Origin: Rhynchobatus australiae
Lineage: Eukaryota
NCBI GenBank assembly: GCA_034780895.1
Contig: JAUZTB010000086.1
Coordinates: forward strand, 3,286,525-3,350,524
DNA length: 64,000 nucleotides
Reading direction: 5' to 3'
Shown one piece after another: positions 51,005 through 64,000 of the stretch. The first letter of the stretch is position 1. Each line of letters starts with the position of its first letter. Below the pieces are notes generated by a model. That model made no database searches, was not told the origin of the DNA, and was given only the letters and a program-made list of their open reading frames with translations. Made by a program: the position numbers and the translations under genes.

Positions 51005-52207
51005 GTAAGCACTCTACACTTCACAATCATGTGATTTGAGTTTTCATTGTGTATTGGTTATAGGAGTGCTATGTCATCTCAGTTATCCCAGGCTGTGTCT
51101 ACTGGTACCCCCTTGTTACCCTGCAGAGTCCTGATTTGTTACAATGCTCTTGGTCCTGGACTCTGAACACTCACAGGTACACCCTCCACCCTACTTTCTT
51201 TAAAAAAAATCAAAAAGCCATCAGTGTACACCCTTCTGTGGCAGAAACCTGGTGGGAACCCCTGACCTCTGGGATTCCAGCACCAATGAAACAGCAATTT
51301 CCGAAGGGAACCACCACAGCAATGTTGAAAAGCTATCTGTGAAAGCTGGTGTTGGGAGAGAATGATGCAATAGCTCTGTGGTCTTACCTGGGCTCAGCAG
51401 TGTATTCTGGCCAGCCTGCTGAATGTGGACCAATGCTGGGTACTGGCGAATGGCCGTTTCACGTGTTGGCAGACCGCCTGGATCCTATGGTTGCTCTTAT
51501 TGCCTTTTATTGGATGTAATGTAAGCTGCTGCATTCCACCCCATCGCCCCCTATTTAGCTGCCCCACATCTCAGTGCTGATTGCTGATCTCTCAGTGCAG
51601 CCATTGCCTTGGGGTAATCAGATTTCTTTATTTGTTCTGTTCCTGTGGGTGTGATAGCAAAGAGCTGGGCTTTGAAGCCAGTTCTTAGCACATTGGTGGT
51701 GAGAAAAATTTAGAGTTGGGGGGGAAAAAACTAAAATAATTACACAAAGCAAATTGTCTGAAAGGAATTATTTTTCCTGTGATGCATTGATGTATAAGTA
51801 GCCGTTGCAATTTGTCATTCATAGTTCTCCTCCAGTCATGGACACCACTGTATTCCAAGCACAGTGGTTGTGGCACCAGGCAGGTAACCTGGTGTTTGGA
51901 AGTTCAGATCCCATTGCTGCAAGCTCTGCAGTTGAATTTGCTAAACCTTGTAATTTTGCATCTCTTGAGAAAAATTTAAGAAGCCCTTAAGAAGTGGTTA
52001 ACTAATATGCTTTAGAGAGCAACCAGCTACCTCTGCCCAATGTTGGTTTGCGTATAACTCTTGTCCCACCATGTTTGGGACAGTAAATTGGGTTGTTAAA
52101 TTGCTTGCAAGAGTATTGGGAATCTCTTATTCTTCAGCAACCAGGAGTGGACTATAAAATTAGCTTATCCTGGACATCCCAGGAATGTTTTGTTTTAAGC
52201 CAAAAAT

Positions 52208-53225
52208 GGCTGTACAGGAGTGAGATGGATTGGCTGGTTGAGTGGTGTTGCAACAACAATCTTGCACTCAGCATCAGTAAGACCAAGGAATTGATTGTGG
52301 ACTTCAGGAAGGGCAAGTCGTGAGAACACACACCAGTCCTCATTGAGGGGTCAGCGGTGGAAAAGGTGAAAGGCTTCAAGTTCCTGGGCCCAATGCATTT
52401 ATGCAATCATGAGGAAGGCATGCCAGCGGCTCTACTTCTAATGAAGTTTGAGGAGATTTGGTATGTGACCAAAGACTCTTGCAAATTTCTACAGATGTAC
52501 TGTGGAGAGCATCCTGACTGATTGCATTGGAGCCTCCATACCAGGCATAGGATCAAAAGAGGGTTGTAGACTTAGGCAGCTCCATCGTGGGCACAACCCT
52601 CCCCACCATCGAGGACATCTTCAAGAAGCAGTGCCTCATGAAGGTGGCATCCATCATTAAAGACCCTCGCCATCCAGGACATACCCTCCACATTACTACC
52701 ATTGGGGAAGAGGTCCAGGCGCCTGAAGACCCACACTCAATGTCTTATGAAAAGCTCCTTCTCCACCATCAGATTTCTAAATGGTCCATGAACTACCTCG
52801 TTATTCCTCCTTGGCATTTATTTATTTATTTGTAACTTGTAGTAATTTTTATGTCTTGCACTGTACTGCTGCTGCAAAACAACTAATTTCACAACATACA
52901 TCAGTAATAATTAATCTGATTCTGATTGCTGATGGTTTTGCATTCCATTTCTACTGCCTAATGTATTACTCCATTGCTCTATTATTACTCTATTGGTACA
53001 GAAGCCTAAAGTCCCACATCACCAGATTCAAGAACAGCTACTTCCGTTCAACCATTCGGTTCTTGAAACAACTGGCAAAACCCGAATCACTACCTCAGTA
53101 TAGCACCATGATCACTTTGCCCTAAAATGACAGGTTTTTTTTGTTCTAATTGTGTTCTTTCTGATTTATGTTTTTCTTGTGAATGCTGTTTGTATGATGC
53201 TGTGTGCCTGTGATACTGAAGTTAG
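52208..53225 (+). mobile_element. Rex1/Babar-type LINE 3' fragment(s)
   Basis: YRSEMDWLVEWCCNNNLALSISKTKELIVDFRK and GTTLPTIEDIFKKQCLMKVASIIKDPRHPGH; tail ending aatctgattctgatt; a second 3' end at 52995-53225. Confidence 0.88.
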
Positions 53226-54538
53226 TTTTTCAAGGTATTTGTGCATATGCCACTGCATCACCTAGTGGTAACCTACTAAATTGCAACAGAAGAATGAATG
53301 TATTGTACTGCATGTTTTTTTTAAAAGGGCTTGTCTTCTTTAATGTACCTTGCTCAACTGTAGGGTATCTCCAAGGGCTTTACAGTCTATTAAAAACATT
53401 TTGTAAGAAAACCACTTCTTGCATAGGAAATGTAACAGCAGTTCATGAATAGCAAGCTCCCACAAACTGGATTAGTTGAGGGATAAATATTGGCCAGGTC
53501 ACTGATGGTAACTCCGAAGTTGTGCCAGGATACCTTTCACCTGATCATATTTTATCCAAAAGATAGCACCTCTGACAGTACAGCTTTCCTTCCCGCCTGC
53601 ACTGGAGTTTTGATACGAAATGGCCTAGATTACAACTGTATGATTCAGAGGTGAAAGTGACTTTGCTGGCAGCGAGCCTATTGGAAAGGATGTTTTTTAA
53701 ACTTGTGTCTACAAAAGATGTTCAAGGCAATAAATGTCCATTTTTATATTCATTGTACTTAGTGACAACACTTGTCAAGTCAATGAGTAAGTAGGACTTG
53801 GGACAGCATTTATGTCTTACAGCAAGTACAACAGACCATTTTAATTTACTTAAAAAAAAGTATTTAAAGAAAGAAGGATGCAGCAACATCTCCCAATAAA
53901 AGCAGGCTAATTTCTTCCAAAAAATGCAATGAGCAGACGTTAGTTACATAAATCACATGGAGAAAATCAACCTTTGTCACAAACACCAATGTGGGCCATA
54001 GGTTTGATTGGGAATTTATCCAGTCATTTTTGCATCTCTGAATGGTGTTGTCACTACATCAGGCCTTCTGTATTCTGTGGGATCTTTGGCCACCTCACCG
54101 TTCAACCGCATAAATGGGTTTCTCGATTCTGAAGTAATAGACCTGGTTACATCAAGTTGTTATGTTGCAAAGAGCAGCTGTATCCTATTGGTGGTCTGCA
54201 ATTTGCAGCAGAAGCGCTTCCACTGTGCTCCAATCTGGAACGCTTTATCTGTGTGTCTCCACAAAGGACTAAACCTATTATGGATTTCGCAAGTAGTTGC
54301 AGGGGTGGTAATAGAGAAAGGCATCTCTACCAGCCTTCCAAAGTCGGTATAACACAAGGGAAGGAAGAGCAGAAGGTCTCTGCTTCTGCTCAGCAACCCC
54401 CATCTCTATAAACGTGCCCACATGTCACCCAATGGTTCTATGTATTTAGTCCTTTGATTTTTACTATTTGTTAAAAATGATGAACTCTTCATTTCTCTTG
54501 CTTCACCACCTTCCCCTTCCTACCCTGCAATTCTCCAG

Positions 54539-54687
54539 AAACGCCAGCGGCTGGGAGCAGAGAAGGATCAAAACAAGATGGAGCTTCAGGACCTACGACT
54601 CCAGCTGGAGGAGAACATTGAGGAGAGGACCCAGTTACACTCGCTGTACCAAAAGAACAGAAAAGAGCTCCATAATAACTTGGAAGA
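54539..54687 (+). CDS. CGN: Cingulin coding exon 5 (KRQRLGAEKDQNKMELQDLRLQLEENIEERTQLHSLYQKNRKELHNNLE)
   Basis: Long polypyrimidine tract ending ttctccag|AAA, donor GA|gtaaga; 149 nt, phase 0 to 2. Heptad-type sequence resembling human KRQKLE...LERQLEEKTEE. Confidence 0.93.
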
Positions 54688-55054
54688 GTAAGAGCATATG
54701 GTTAATTCATGAAAATACATCTGTATTTGAACTCCTCACTTCTTGCCTCCCCTAAAGCATGTAACAAGCTGCTAATTTGAATCCTTCAGCTATGAGGATG
54801 CTTTGCTGAGCTATTGTTGATTTTCCTGATGACGTAGAGTGTGAATTCCAGTTTAGAGAGACAGACCAGTTCAATTTCCCAACCCAAGTGAAGCCAGCTG
54901 CTTGTAAATGGGGTACTTCGGGTTAAGGGAGAGGGAAGTTGGCCAATGTTCCTGTTTCCTATTTGTCTCCAGATATAGAAAGTGAACTCCATGAATATAA
55001 AATGAGCAAAGCGGAGCTTGGGTGAAAGTAGACTGACCCTATTAGAGTCCTAGA

Positions 55055-55390
55055 TCATTGAATCATATGGTATGGAAACTGGCCCTTCGGCACAACAAAT
55101 AAGTGCTGACCATCAATCACCCTTTTACACTAATCCTATACTACATTTAATTCCATTTTATTCTCCCTAGATTTGCATCAACTTTTCTTCCCCCTTCCCC
55201 TCCTAGATTGTACCACACACCTGCACACTAGGAACAATTCAGTGGTCACTTAATAACAATCAGCATATCTTTTGGGATGTGGGAGGAAACCCAGACAATC
55301 GCATGCAAACTCCACGCAGGGAGCACCACCAAGTCAGGATTGAACCCAGGTCACTGGAACGGTGAGGCCTCAGCTCCACCGGCTACCCCA
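55055..55390 (-). mobile_element. V-SINE (HE1-like)
   Basis: ggcccttcggc tail, gggatgtgggaggaaacc V domain and ggattgaacccagg box B, all in reverse orientation. Confidence 0.8.
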
Positions 55391-56850
55391 GCTAAGTTGT
55401 TGAAAGGGTCCAGCCTTGAGGTATGACGTGTGTGCTTGAGGAGCAAACGTTGGCCGTGAAATCTTTCTCCCTCAAGAATTTGAAAATCCAAAAGAGCTGC
55501 AGACTCTGAAAATCTGAAATAAAAACAAAGTGCTTGGTTGGGGGGATCTCAGTGGGTCAGGCAGCATCTGTGGAAAGAGAGAGAGTTAATATTTCAGAAC
55601 TCCATTTCCCTCAATTTATTTTCTGGTAGAGTGAGAGTAAGGTTGGGTGTGAAATAACTGCTGTGTATATAGCATACTTGAACCTTAATGACCACACAAT
55701 TTAATAATGTGTTTAACATCAAAGAGAATCAGGTTGCAAACTGCAGTCATGGAAAGGATTCTTGCAAGTAGCTCAAGAACAAGGGGTGCATGTGGTTTCA
55801 GCCATCACTGAGTAACAACTTGCATATTTGGCAGACAGTTGACATACCAAACCCTGAATAATTATTTACTTTAGTGCCATAATTATTCATTTTGGGAATT
55901 GGCATAAGTCACCAGTTATTTGAGATCTACTCAAAAATAATTGTAACTTTTGAAGGCTCAGCTGATTTTCACTTTGTAGTTATTTTTTTCCATTTAAAGT
56001 AGGAGCTATTCAGCACAGAAACAAGCCCTTTGGCCCAACTTGTCCATACCGACCAAGTTGCCTACCTGAACTTCTCCTGTTTGCTTGTTTGGCGCATATC
56101 CCGCTGAGCCTTTTCTATCCATGTACCTGCCTAAATGACTTTTGAATGTTGTACTTATACCCGTGGTTACCCTAACTCTCCAATTAAAAGAAATACTCCT
56201 ATTTGTTTATATAGTTTGGCGATAAATTTGGTGATGTATGGAAGCTTTATTATTGCGTGCCGCTGTCTTCATACGTTTATCAAAAACAAAATAATCTACG
56301 CGAACACTGCCCTTTTGATTAAAATCCTCTTCTCCAGCAGCAGAAAAAAAGTGACAATAATTGGTCTTTAAATTATTTTCATTAGCTCAGTGGCATGTCT
56401 GAGCTCAGCTGTTCAATTATTCTTCTTCAAGCCTGAACTAATGTTTTGAAAGGTCTTTGTTGGGTTTCTTTACAGACCTCCCCTCCTCCCTCTGTCAACA
56501 GCTTCACATCCCATTGTTAAATGGTTCAGAAGTTTAAATCTCCGCTGCCCTATTTGGACTTGCAACCCAAATCTTGATCACTGTGTTCCCAAAGAAATCT
56601 CGGACACTCATTCTAAAGTATGCACATTGTTCTACTTTTCTGACTGCCACAGTTTATGTTGACGAATGTTCATTTGTATTTTTCTGATGTTTTCCAATAT
56701 CTTATTAAGTTTTGCCTGAGAGACTTCCTTTTGAGATCATTTAGATAAAGTTTCCCCTGATCAAACATTCGCCACTTTTCAAGATTTATAAAGCCCAAAA
56801 TTGCACGTGGGTGTTTTGCCTTGCAATTTATTTATTCACTCTTTCCTTAG

Positions 56851-56989
56851 TTTGCTGAAAGTGAAGGCGGAGAAGGATACATTGGAAGCTGAAATGAAAG
56901 ATCTGCAGGAAGAAATGTCGCTATTGCAGAAAGAGCTGAGGACTATCAGAAAATCTGCAGGAGATGGTGGGGACCAAGAAACCTTAGAA
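56851..56989 (+). CDS. CGN: Cingulin coding exon 6 (DLLKVKAEKDTLEAEMKDLQEEMSLLQKELRTIRKSAGDGGDQETLE)
   Basis: Acceptor ctttccttag|T, donor GAA|gtatgt; 139 nt, phase 2 to 0, coiled-coil character. Phases match both neighbouring exons. Confidence 0.9.
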
Positions 56990-59189
56990 GTATGTGACTT
57001 TTCCTTTTGAGTGCTCGCTCAAATATCCCATCTGAGCTCTGGGGGGGGAAAAAAGTAACAGCTTGCACAACACAAATTTCATCTTTGCACTTCTCTTCCT
57101 GAAACGAATGAACCAGAATTTTGTTCCCCAATCTTCTCTTTCCCCACTTTATTTTTGCCTATAGAGGTAAGGTTCCTTAATTGGGTAGTTGGATTAACTT
57201 AATTTCCACTGATGCACAGTGTCAAGACTATGCTATTAACTCATTTCCATTGAGTGCCATATTTAACCTAAGTCCATTGAGGGCAAAGAGTGGGGGGATG
57301 GTAGATGGGGAAGAGGTTGGTAAGACAAGTGGAGTATCTTAAGAAAATTGGAAAATATAAAGAGCCTTTTCTACTATCCAGCCCCATTGGACCAGTTGGT
57401 GTCTGGTTATTCTGGTTATTTGGCCTCCTGCGAAAGAGAATTGGTGAACTATTTTTGTTATTGCAACTTAAGTCCCTACAAACCATTCTTGGTGCTCGTG
57501 TTTTTCTAGATCTGACCCTGGTTTCGAGGTTGTGGTTTTGGGTTTGGTTGTAGGAGACCAATAACATTTCCTCATTCAGTTGGCTTCAGACTAAAGCTAA
57601 CTCTAAACTGAAACAAATTATTGCATCCATGGCCGGCATTTAATGGGCGACCCCTGCGATACGGATGGCTTTCTAAGAATGTGAGGGTTGCATTCCTAAA
57701 GAGCCATCTGTATCACTTTCTGTAACAGGAACTCCCTTTTCCCATTAAATCCCATGTTATAAGTGGAGATGCATTCCGACAGGATGTTTTACTCTGGTAG
57801 TAAGCCATTTCATTGACGATGACAGTGACTCACCACCATTATTTAACAGCTGAGGCCAACATTAGAGTTGGAATGAGCGAGGCATGTANNNNNNNNNNNN
57901 NNNNNNNNNNNNNNNNNNNNNNNNNNNNNNNNNNNNNNNNNNNNNNNNNNNNNNNNNNNNNNNNNNNNTGTTGGGCAAAAAGATTTGGTTATGATTGAGT
58001 TGTCAGTCACAGCTGAGTCCCTCCTTTGCCACACCCTCTCCAGTCTGAGGACATGAACAGACACCTCAGAGTGCTGCACTCTTCATCTGTGAGGCATTTT
58101 CTCCAACGAGCAAGACTTGTGGATTAGGAAAGGGTTTAGGAAGTGATATCAGGGAAAGGGATGGGATTTGAGGATCAGGATTGATGACAGAATAGTGGCA
58201 TAGAAGAAGTTAGTGGGTTAAAGCGCTGTGACTTAGTGGAAGTGAAAGCCAAGGGGTTACTTCAAGGAGCTGGCCATGGCTTCTGCAGGTCCTCACAATG
58301 TATTGCATCAAAGAAAATATCTCTCAGATGAAGACCGTGGTAGCATTGTACTCCTGAGACGTTTGTTCACATGTCCTCGGACTGGAGAGAGGTGGGGCAA
58401 AAGAGGGACTGGGTTGTGACTGCCAACCCAATTGATGCAGTGATGTCATTTTCAAATCTTATTGCCCCACAGTATTGAGTGACTAGAAATAAAAGTTGAC
58501 AAAATTTGTTGTTTCTTTTGCATTTTGTTTATTTTTTTCATAGGCATGTCTCAAATTTGAGTAGTGATTTGTGGATTCTTTAAGTGGTAAGTTCCGTAAC
58601 AGCTGCAATGAGGGGGTAGTCTATATTAATAAGATTCATTATCACATGAACCAGTGGTTGTCACTTCTTTTTCTGCTTTTGAAATTTTGAGAAAGAGGAT
58701 CTTTATCAAAAGGACAGGGTGGTGAAACTCTNNNNNNNNNNAAGGGAGATAAATTTTTGAAAGATTGGGGAACTGGCACAGTAGAGAAGTCTGAGAGCAG
58801 ATCAGCCATGATCATATTAAATGGAGTTACTCAAGGCTTTAGGGATCAGGTGGCCTACACCTACTCATATTTTCTTGTGTTCTCCTAGGCTATCATTATG
58901 GTTTTGACAGACACACACAAACAATAATTGGGTGTCCAAGCCACAGTTTCCAAATTTGCAGATCTGGTAGAACCTGGAGGCATTGAGTTGTGAAGGATTA
59001 GCAGCAGATTTCAAAAACAGTGTTCAGCCAGAAGTGCTGAGTAGATGTTCCAGATCCATTTCTTTGAGGTTTCTACCACTATAGAGCTGGTTGTCTTCCC
59101 ATGTGATATCAAGAAATAACTGCGTATACTCGAAATGTTAAAGGTTATGGGACCAGATAGCATCCCGTGGTAGTACTGAAAACACGCAA

Positions 59190-59478
59190 GATAGATAAGA
59201 TATCCCTATTAGTCATATGTACATCGAAACACACAAGTGAAATGCTCTTTTGCATAGTATTCTAGGGGCAGCCCACAAGTGTCACCACGCTTCCAGCACC
59301 AACATAGCATGCCTGCAACTTCCTAACCCGTGCAGCTTTAGAATGTGGGAGGAAACCGGAGCACCCGGAGAAAACCCACGCAGACATGGGAAGAACTTAC
59401 AAATTCCTTACAGACGGCAGCGGGAATTGAACCCGCATTGCTGGCACTGTAATAGCGTTACGCTAACTGCTACACTTC
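59190..59478 (-). mobile_element. V-SINE nested in an older CR1-type LINE fragment (about 59040-59890)
   Basis: gaatgtgggaggaaaccggagcacccggagaaaacccacg and gggaattgaaccc; LINE sequence resumes on both sides. Confidence 0.8.
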
Positions 59479-60989
59479 CTTGCCTGCAGCTTGCTGTGCC
59501 TCTGCAGTATATTTACAATCTGGCGTCAACCTGACTGTGAGGAAAATTGGATTGGATTAATTTCCACCTGATGGATCTCCTCCCAGTCACCAGCAAAGTG
59601 GTGGAAAGTATTGCTGACAGTACCACCTAGCTTTTACTAATAGCAGGCTTCCCAAAACACAGTTTGGGCTTTCTCAGGGCCTCTCAGCTTCAGTCATGGT
59701 CCAAACAGGGAGTAAAGAGCTGAAGCCCTTGAAATCATAGCAGCTTTTGATTAAGCATGGCTTCAAGAAACCTTAGTAAATCTAAAGTCAATGGGATCAG
59801 GAGAAAAGCACTCCATTGGTTGAAATCACTCTAGGAGTTACTCAAGGCAGTATCCTAGGCCCAATTATTATCTTTAGCTGTTTCATCAATTGCCGCCTTT
59901 CCATTGTACTCAGAAGTGGGGAAAGAAACCTTTCCTGACGGGTTTAACCTCCATTCCCTCCAATCATTTTCTCCACTGCTTCCTACAAGAAAGGTTTCTT
60001 CTCAGACTGGAGGGAACTGTAGTCAAATTTCTAGGATCACTGTGTTTCTTAATAATATATTAGTCTTGCACTTAGGTGTTCAGGGCATTGTTTCCAGATT
60101 TGCAGATGATAGAGGACTTGGAGGCATGGTGAACTGTGAGGAGGGCAGTAATATACAAGACGATGGAGATGACCTGTTGGATAGGTGGTAGAGAAGTGTT
60201 ACATTTTGTCAGGAAGAATATAAACTAGGGGCCACAGTTCTTAAATGGGTACATATGCATTGCAATTAGTGGCATTCAGAAGGGAGCTGGATAAATATGC
60301 AAAAGAACAGGATTTGCAGGGTTGTAGCTGGATTTCTCTTGCAGACAGTACAGACTCAACTTACCTGTGCTGCAACCATTCTGTGATTCTATCCTTGCAA
60401 TATGGTAGAAATCCCAAAATTAATTTTAAAAATAGACTGAAATATTAAGTAACCATTGTAGAATGCTAAGTTTTTTTTATATAGAATATCTCGGTATTTT
60501 GCGACTCTTACATTTGTTATTGACTAGTGCTAATATAAAAGCAACTGAATACTGTGTTCTACTTGTTGAGTACAGCGTTCATTTACTGGCACTTCATTCT
60601 GACTCCAGTAGGGCATCCGATGCATCAGTTTGGTTTTGCTGTGATCTGCTGAATCTAATTTATCTTCATAGCGCTGCTGTGGCTAAGTGATTTAAGTTAC
60701 TGGACTAATAATCCACGCTCCTTGAGCAGTGATCGAGAGACTTGAGTTCAGGTCTCACCAATGGCAGCTGGAGAATTTAAGTTCAATTAATTAAATGTGT
60801 GTGAAATATAAAGCCAGTACTGGTAATGGTGTCCATGAAACCACTTCATTTTTGTAACCTGCCTAGTTTGCTGATGTCTGTGCTTAATCAAGCCAATATG
60901 TATCTTCAAACCCACAACGATATCTGACTCTCAACTGCTCTCTGAAATGGCCAAGTGAGCCACTCAGTTTAGGGCCAATTAGGGATACA

Positions 60990-62160
60990 TAGAGCATAAG
61001 AACCAAGAAGAGGAACAAGCCCTTCGGCCTACGATGTCTGTGCCAAACACAAGGCTGAATTAAATTAATTCTCTNNNNNNNNNNNNNNNNNNNNNNNNNN
61101 NNNNNNNNNNNNNNNNNNNNNNNNNNNNNNNNNNNNNNNNNNNNNNNNNNNNNNNNNNNNNNNNNNNNNNNNNNNNNNNNNNNNNNNNNNNNNNNNNNNN
61201 NNNNNNNNNNNNNNNNNNNNNNNNNNNNNNNNNNNNNNNNNNNNNNNNNNNNNNNNNNNNNNNNNNNNNNNNNNNNNNNNNNNNNNNNNNNNNNNNNNNN
61301 NNNNNNNNNNNNNNNNNNNNNNNNNNNNNNNNNNNNNNNNNNNNNNNNNNNNNNNNNNNNNNNNNNNNNNNNNNNNNNNNNNNNNNNNNNNNNNNNNNNN
61401 NNNNNNNNNNNNNNNNNNNNNNNNNNNNNNNNNNNNNNNNNNNNNNNNNNNNNNNNNNNNNNNNNNNNNNNNNNNNNNNNNNNNNNNNNNNNNNNNNNNN
61501 NNNNNNNNNNNNNNNNNNNNNNNNNNNNNNNNNNNNNNNNNNNNNNNNNNNNNNNNNNNNNNNNNNNNNNNNNNNNNNNNNNNNNNNNNNNNNNNNNNNN
61601 NNNNNNNNNNNNNNNNNNNNNNNNNNNNNNNNNNNNNNNNNNNNNNNNNNNNNNNNNNNNNNNNNNNNNNNNNNNNNNNNNNNNNNNNNNGAACTCCCAG
61701 AGCGCAGTACCTCACTCTTGATCAGATTAAACTGTCTGCCATTTCTCTGCCCATATCTGGAACTTAACTATATTCTGCTATATACTTTGACAGCCCTTGA
61801 CAGTGTCCACAACTCCACCAATCTTTGTGTTGTCTGCAAACTTACTAACCCACCTGTCTACATGTATCACAAACTCAATCCTTGTGGCACACCACTGGTC
61901 ATGGACCTCCATTCAGAATAACACCCTTCCACCACCTCCCTCTGTTTTCCATGGGCAAGCCAATTCTGACTCCAAGCTACCAAGTCACCGTGGGTCCCAT
62001 GCATCTTAACCTCCTGGATCAGCCTACCGCATGGGACCTTGTCAAATGTCTTACTAAAATCTATGTAGACAACTTCCACTGCCCTACACTCATCACCTTC
62101 ACCTCCTCACACAAACTCAGTCAAGTTTTTAAGATGTGACCTGCCCTGTACAAAGTCGTG
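60990..62160 (-). mobile_element. CR1/HER1 LINE spanning a large gap
   Basis: Minus-strand VVYIDFSKTFDKVPCGRLIQEVKMHG..WSQNWLAHGKQREVVEGCYSEWRSMTSGVPQG; tail at 60990-61070. Confidence 0.85.
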
Positions 62161-62591
62161 GGAGGGTGGAATCCCTCCATATCCCTCCCAGTCTTATCCA
62201 GCTTTGCTTCCAAGATTGCATTCTTGCTCTTATGAGTCCACCTTACTGCTGCTACTTTCACCTTTTAGTTGAAATTCCTTCTTGGCTTCACCTTGCCTTC
62301 TCCTCTGTCTTCCAAAGTTTCAGAGGCCTCTATTTTCTTCCTCTTTCTACTCTCTATTATTTCTGAATTGCAGCCACCCTATGCTATAACCCAAAGTTAT
62401 GATCTGGGATGCACTCCCTGAAGGAATAGTTGAAACAGATTAAGTAACGACTTGAAAGCTCTCGTTTATGTATTTTAAAAGGATAACCCTTACTATTGTT
62501 AAATCAGAAAACAGTGCACACCTTTCACAAAAACATGAGCAGGCACAAGGATGACCTCTCTGTGCTTTATAATTATATTTTCTTTTGACAG

Positions 62592-62804
62592 GAGTTGGCA
62601 AGAACAAAAGAAGAGCTGGATATGATTGCTACTGCAAAACAGACTGTGGAAGACCTCCTAAGGCAGAGAGAAAGGGAGCTGACAGCCCTGAAGGGGGTTC
62701 TGAAAGAAGAGGTGAGCAGCCATGATAAAGCAATGGAAGAGCTTACAGCCCAATATCAGAAGGATATGGAACAGTTGAGGAAAAATATTGATGAGGTGTC
62801 TCAG
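62592..62804 (+). CDS. CGN: Cingulin coding exon 7 ([10 protein letters not shown]...[23 protein letters not shown]...IDEVSQ); gene continues beyond the window
   Basis: Acceptor tcttttgacag|GAG, donor CAG|gtgagt; 213 nt. Contains the [16 protein letters not shown] motif typical of CGN/CGNL1. Confidence 0.96.
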
Positions 62805-64000
62805 GTGAGTGGGAATTTCCTTTTAAACTGTTTTCCTTTTCTTAAAGAATTATTATCATGATCTTACAAAGCTTGACTACTTTATAGTTAGATTTTGCTT
62901 TTCTTTGGTGTTGTGAACCACCTGGCCCCTTCTGAGTTTCTCCTCACTTTTGAAGATTTCAGAGGATATGTGCGGCTTTAATAATATTGTTGGAAAGTTT
63001 GCTACAGAAGGGCTGAAGATAAGGAAAAACAAATGTACTTGGCATTGCAGCTGACCCTCCATTAGAAGTGCAGTCAGTTAGTGATAATCCCCAGGATGGC
63101 ACAAATCCCTTGAAAAGCATAGCCTGTGATTTGAGTGAGGTGGGTTGGTGATGGCGCGTGTTTAACTAAATACGTCCTAGTAGGGTTTTCTTCCAAAAGA
63201 GTTGGGAACCACTGCTCTAGGTCAGTATTGTGCAGACTTGGATAAACACCATTGTAGTCTTAAGCTGAACCTGTTCCAATCTGATATCCATAGATACACC
63301 ATTAAAGTTAACAATAGTGAAGGAAAATCAAGCTTGTTTATCGCTCCCTCAACTGTAAGGCAGAGTAGTGAAAGACATTAGATGCTTGTATCAAAAGGGC
63401 ATGAATCTGGGGGAAAAAAACAAGAAACCAATCTGTTGATTGTCACAAGGGCATCTTCTATGTGATGGAACCTTTTGTGGTGTAATTTGCATGCCCCATT
63501 CCATTGTTTTGCAGTAGTGCTGAAATTTGTGTACTNNNNNNNNNNNNNNNNNNNNNNNNNNNNNNNNNNNNNNNCTCTCTGCAATTACTTTAGAACAGAC
63601 ATCTTCAAACCACCACATTGGTAATATCATTTCAGACATTACAGATGGGTGGATTTGGGTGAGCTGTGTGCACTCGTGGTCAGTTGCCTCCTAATAATAA
63701 GTCTCTTCCAACAAAACAATTCGCCACAGACTGAAGTTTGATTGTTAATGGAACATGCACCCTCCCTGCACAAACAGTGCTTTGACTGTGTTATCAGTAC
63801 ACTGTCTAGGAAGTGGAGGAGGTAGAGATGGAGACCACACATATTGCATAGACAAAACAAAGTACTGACTGACAGTGGCAATGTCTGGCTCCTAATTCAC
63901 ACAGAAGATGCAGAGAGGGAAAAGAATGAAAAGTTGTTTAATGGGTTTGTTGAACAATCCAGTCTTTTGAGAGTGCAGTGCTGTGGTTGACTTCACTCAA

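Noticed and set aside
63380-63890. Possible Harbinger-transposase-like decayed sequence (also about 25200-25270 and 54010-54440)
   Set aside because: Only vague motif resemblance; it cannot be supported without a profile search.

Overview
Vertebrate genomic DNA, most likely from an elasmobranch (shark or ray), judged from its repeats: HER1/CR1-type LINEs, HE1/V-SINEs, Deu-type SINEs, Penelope, Rex1 and RTE remnants. It comes from a draft assembly with many N gaps, including fixed 10-N and 100-N gaps. The only supported gene is the 5' part of cingulin (CGN, tight-junction protein) on the + strand. Seven coding exons can be read, all with GT-AG sites and matching intron phases: 41951-43320, 47558-47655, 48684-48753, 50903-51004, 54539-54687, 56851-56989 and 62592-62804. 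The gene continues beyond the window. A CpG-rich promoter with GC, CCAAT and ETS motifs and a probable non-coding exon 1 lies at about 13.7-14.1 kb, implying an intron 1 of about 28 kb. I found no new gene system. The most unusual observation is a pair of inverted solo-LTR-like elements 32 kb apart. The upstream copy contains 110 bp of the host flank of the downstream copy plus a duplicated LTR 3' end, which looks like a fossil of templated ectopic repair just upstream of the CGN promoter. Repeat family names and comparisons with human CGN are from memory of consensus motifs, not from a database search, and repeat boundaries are approximate.
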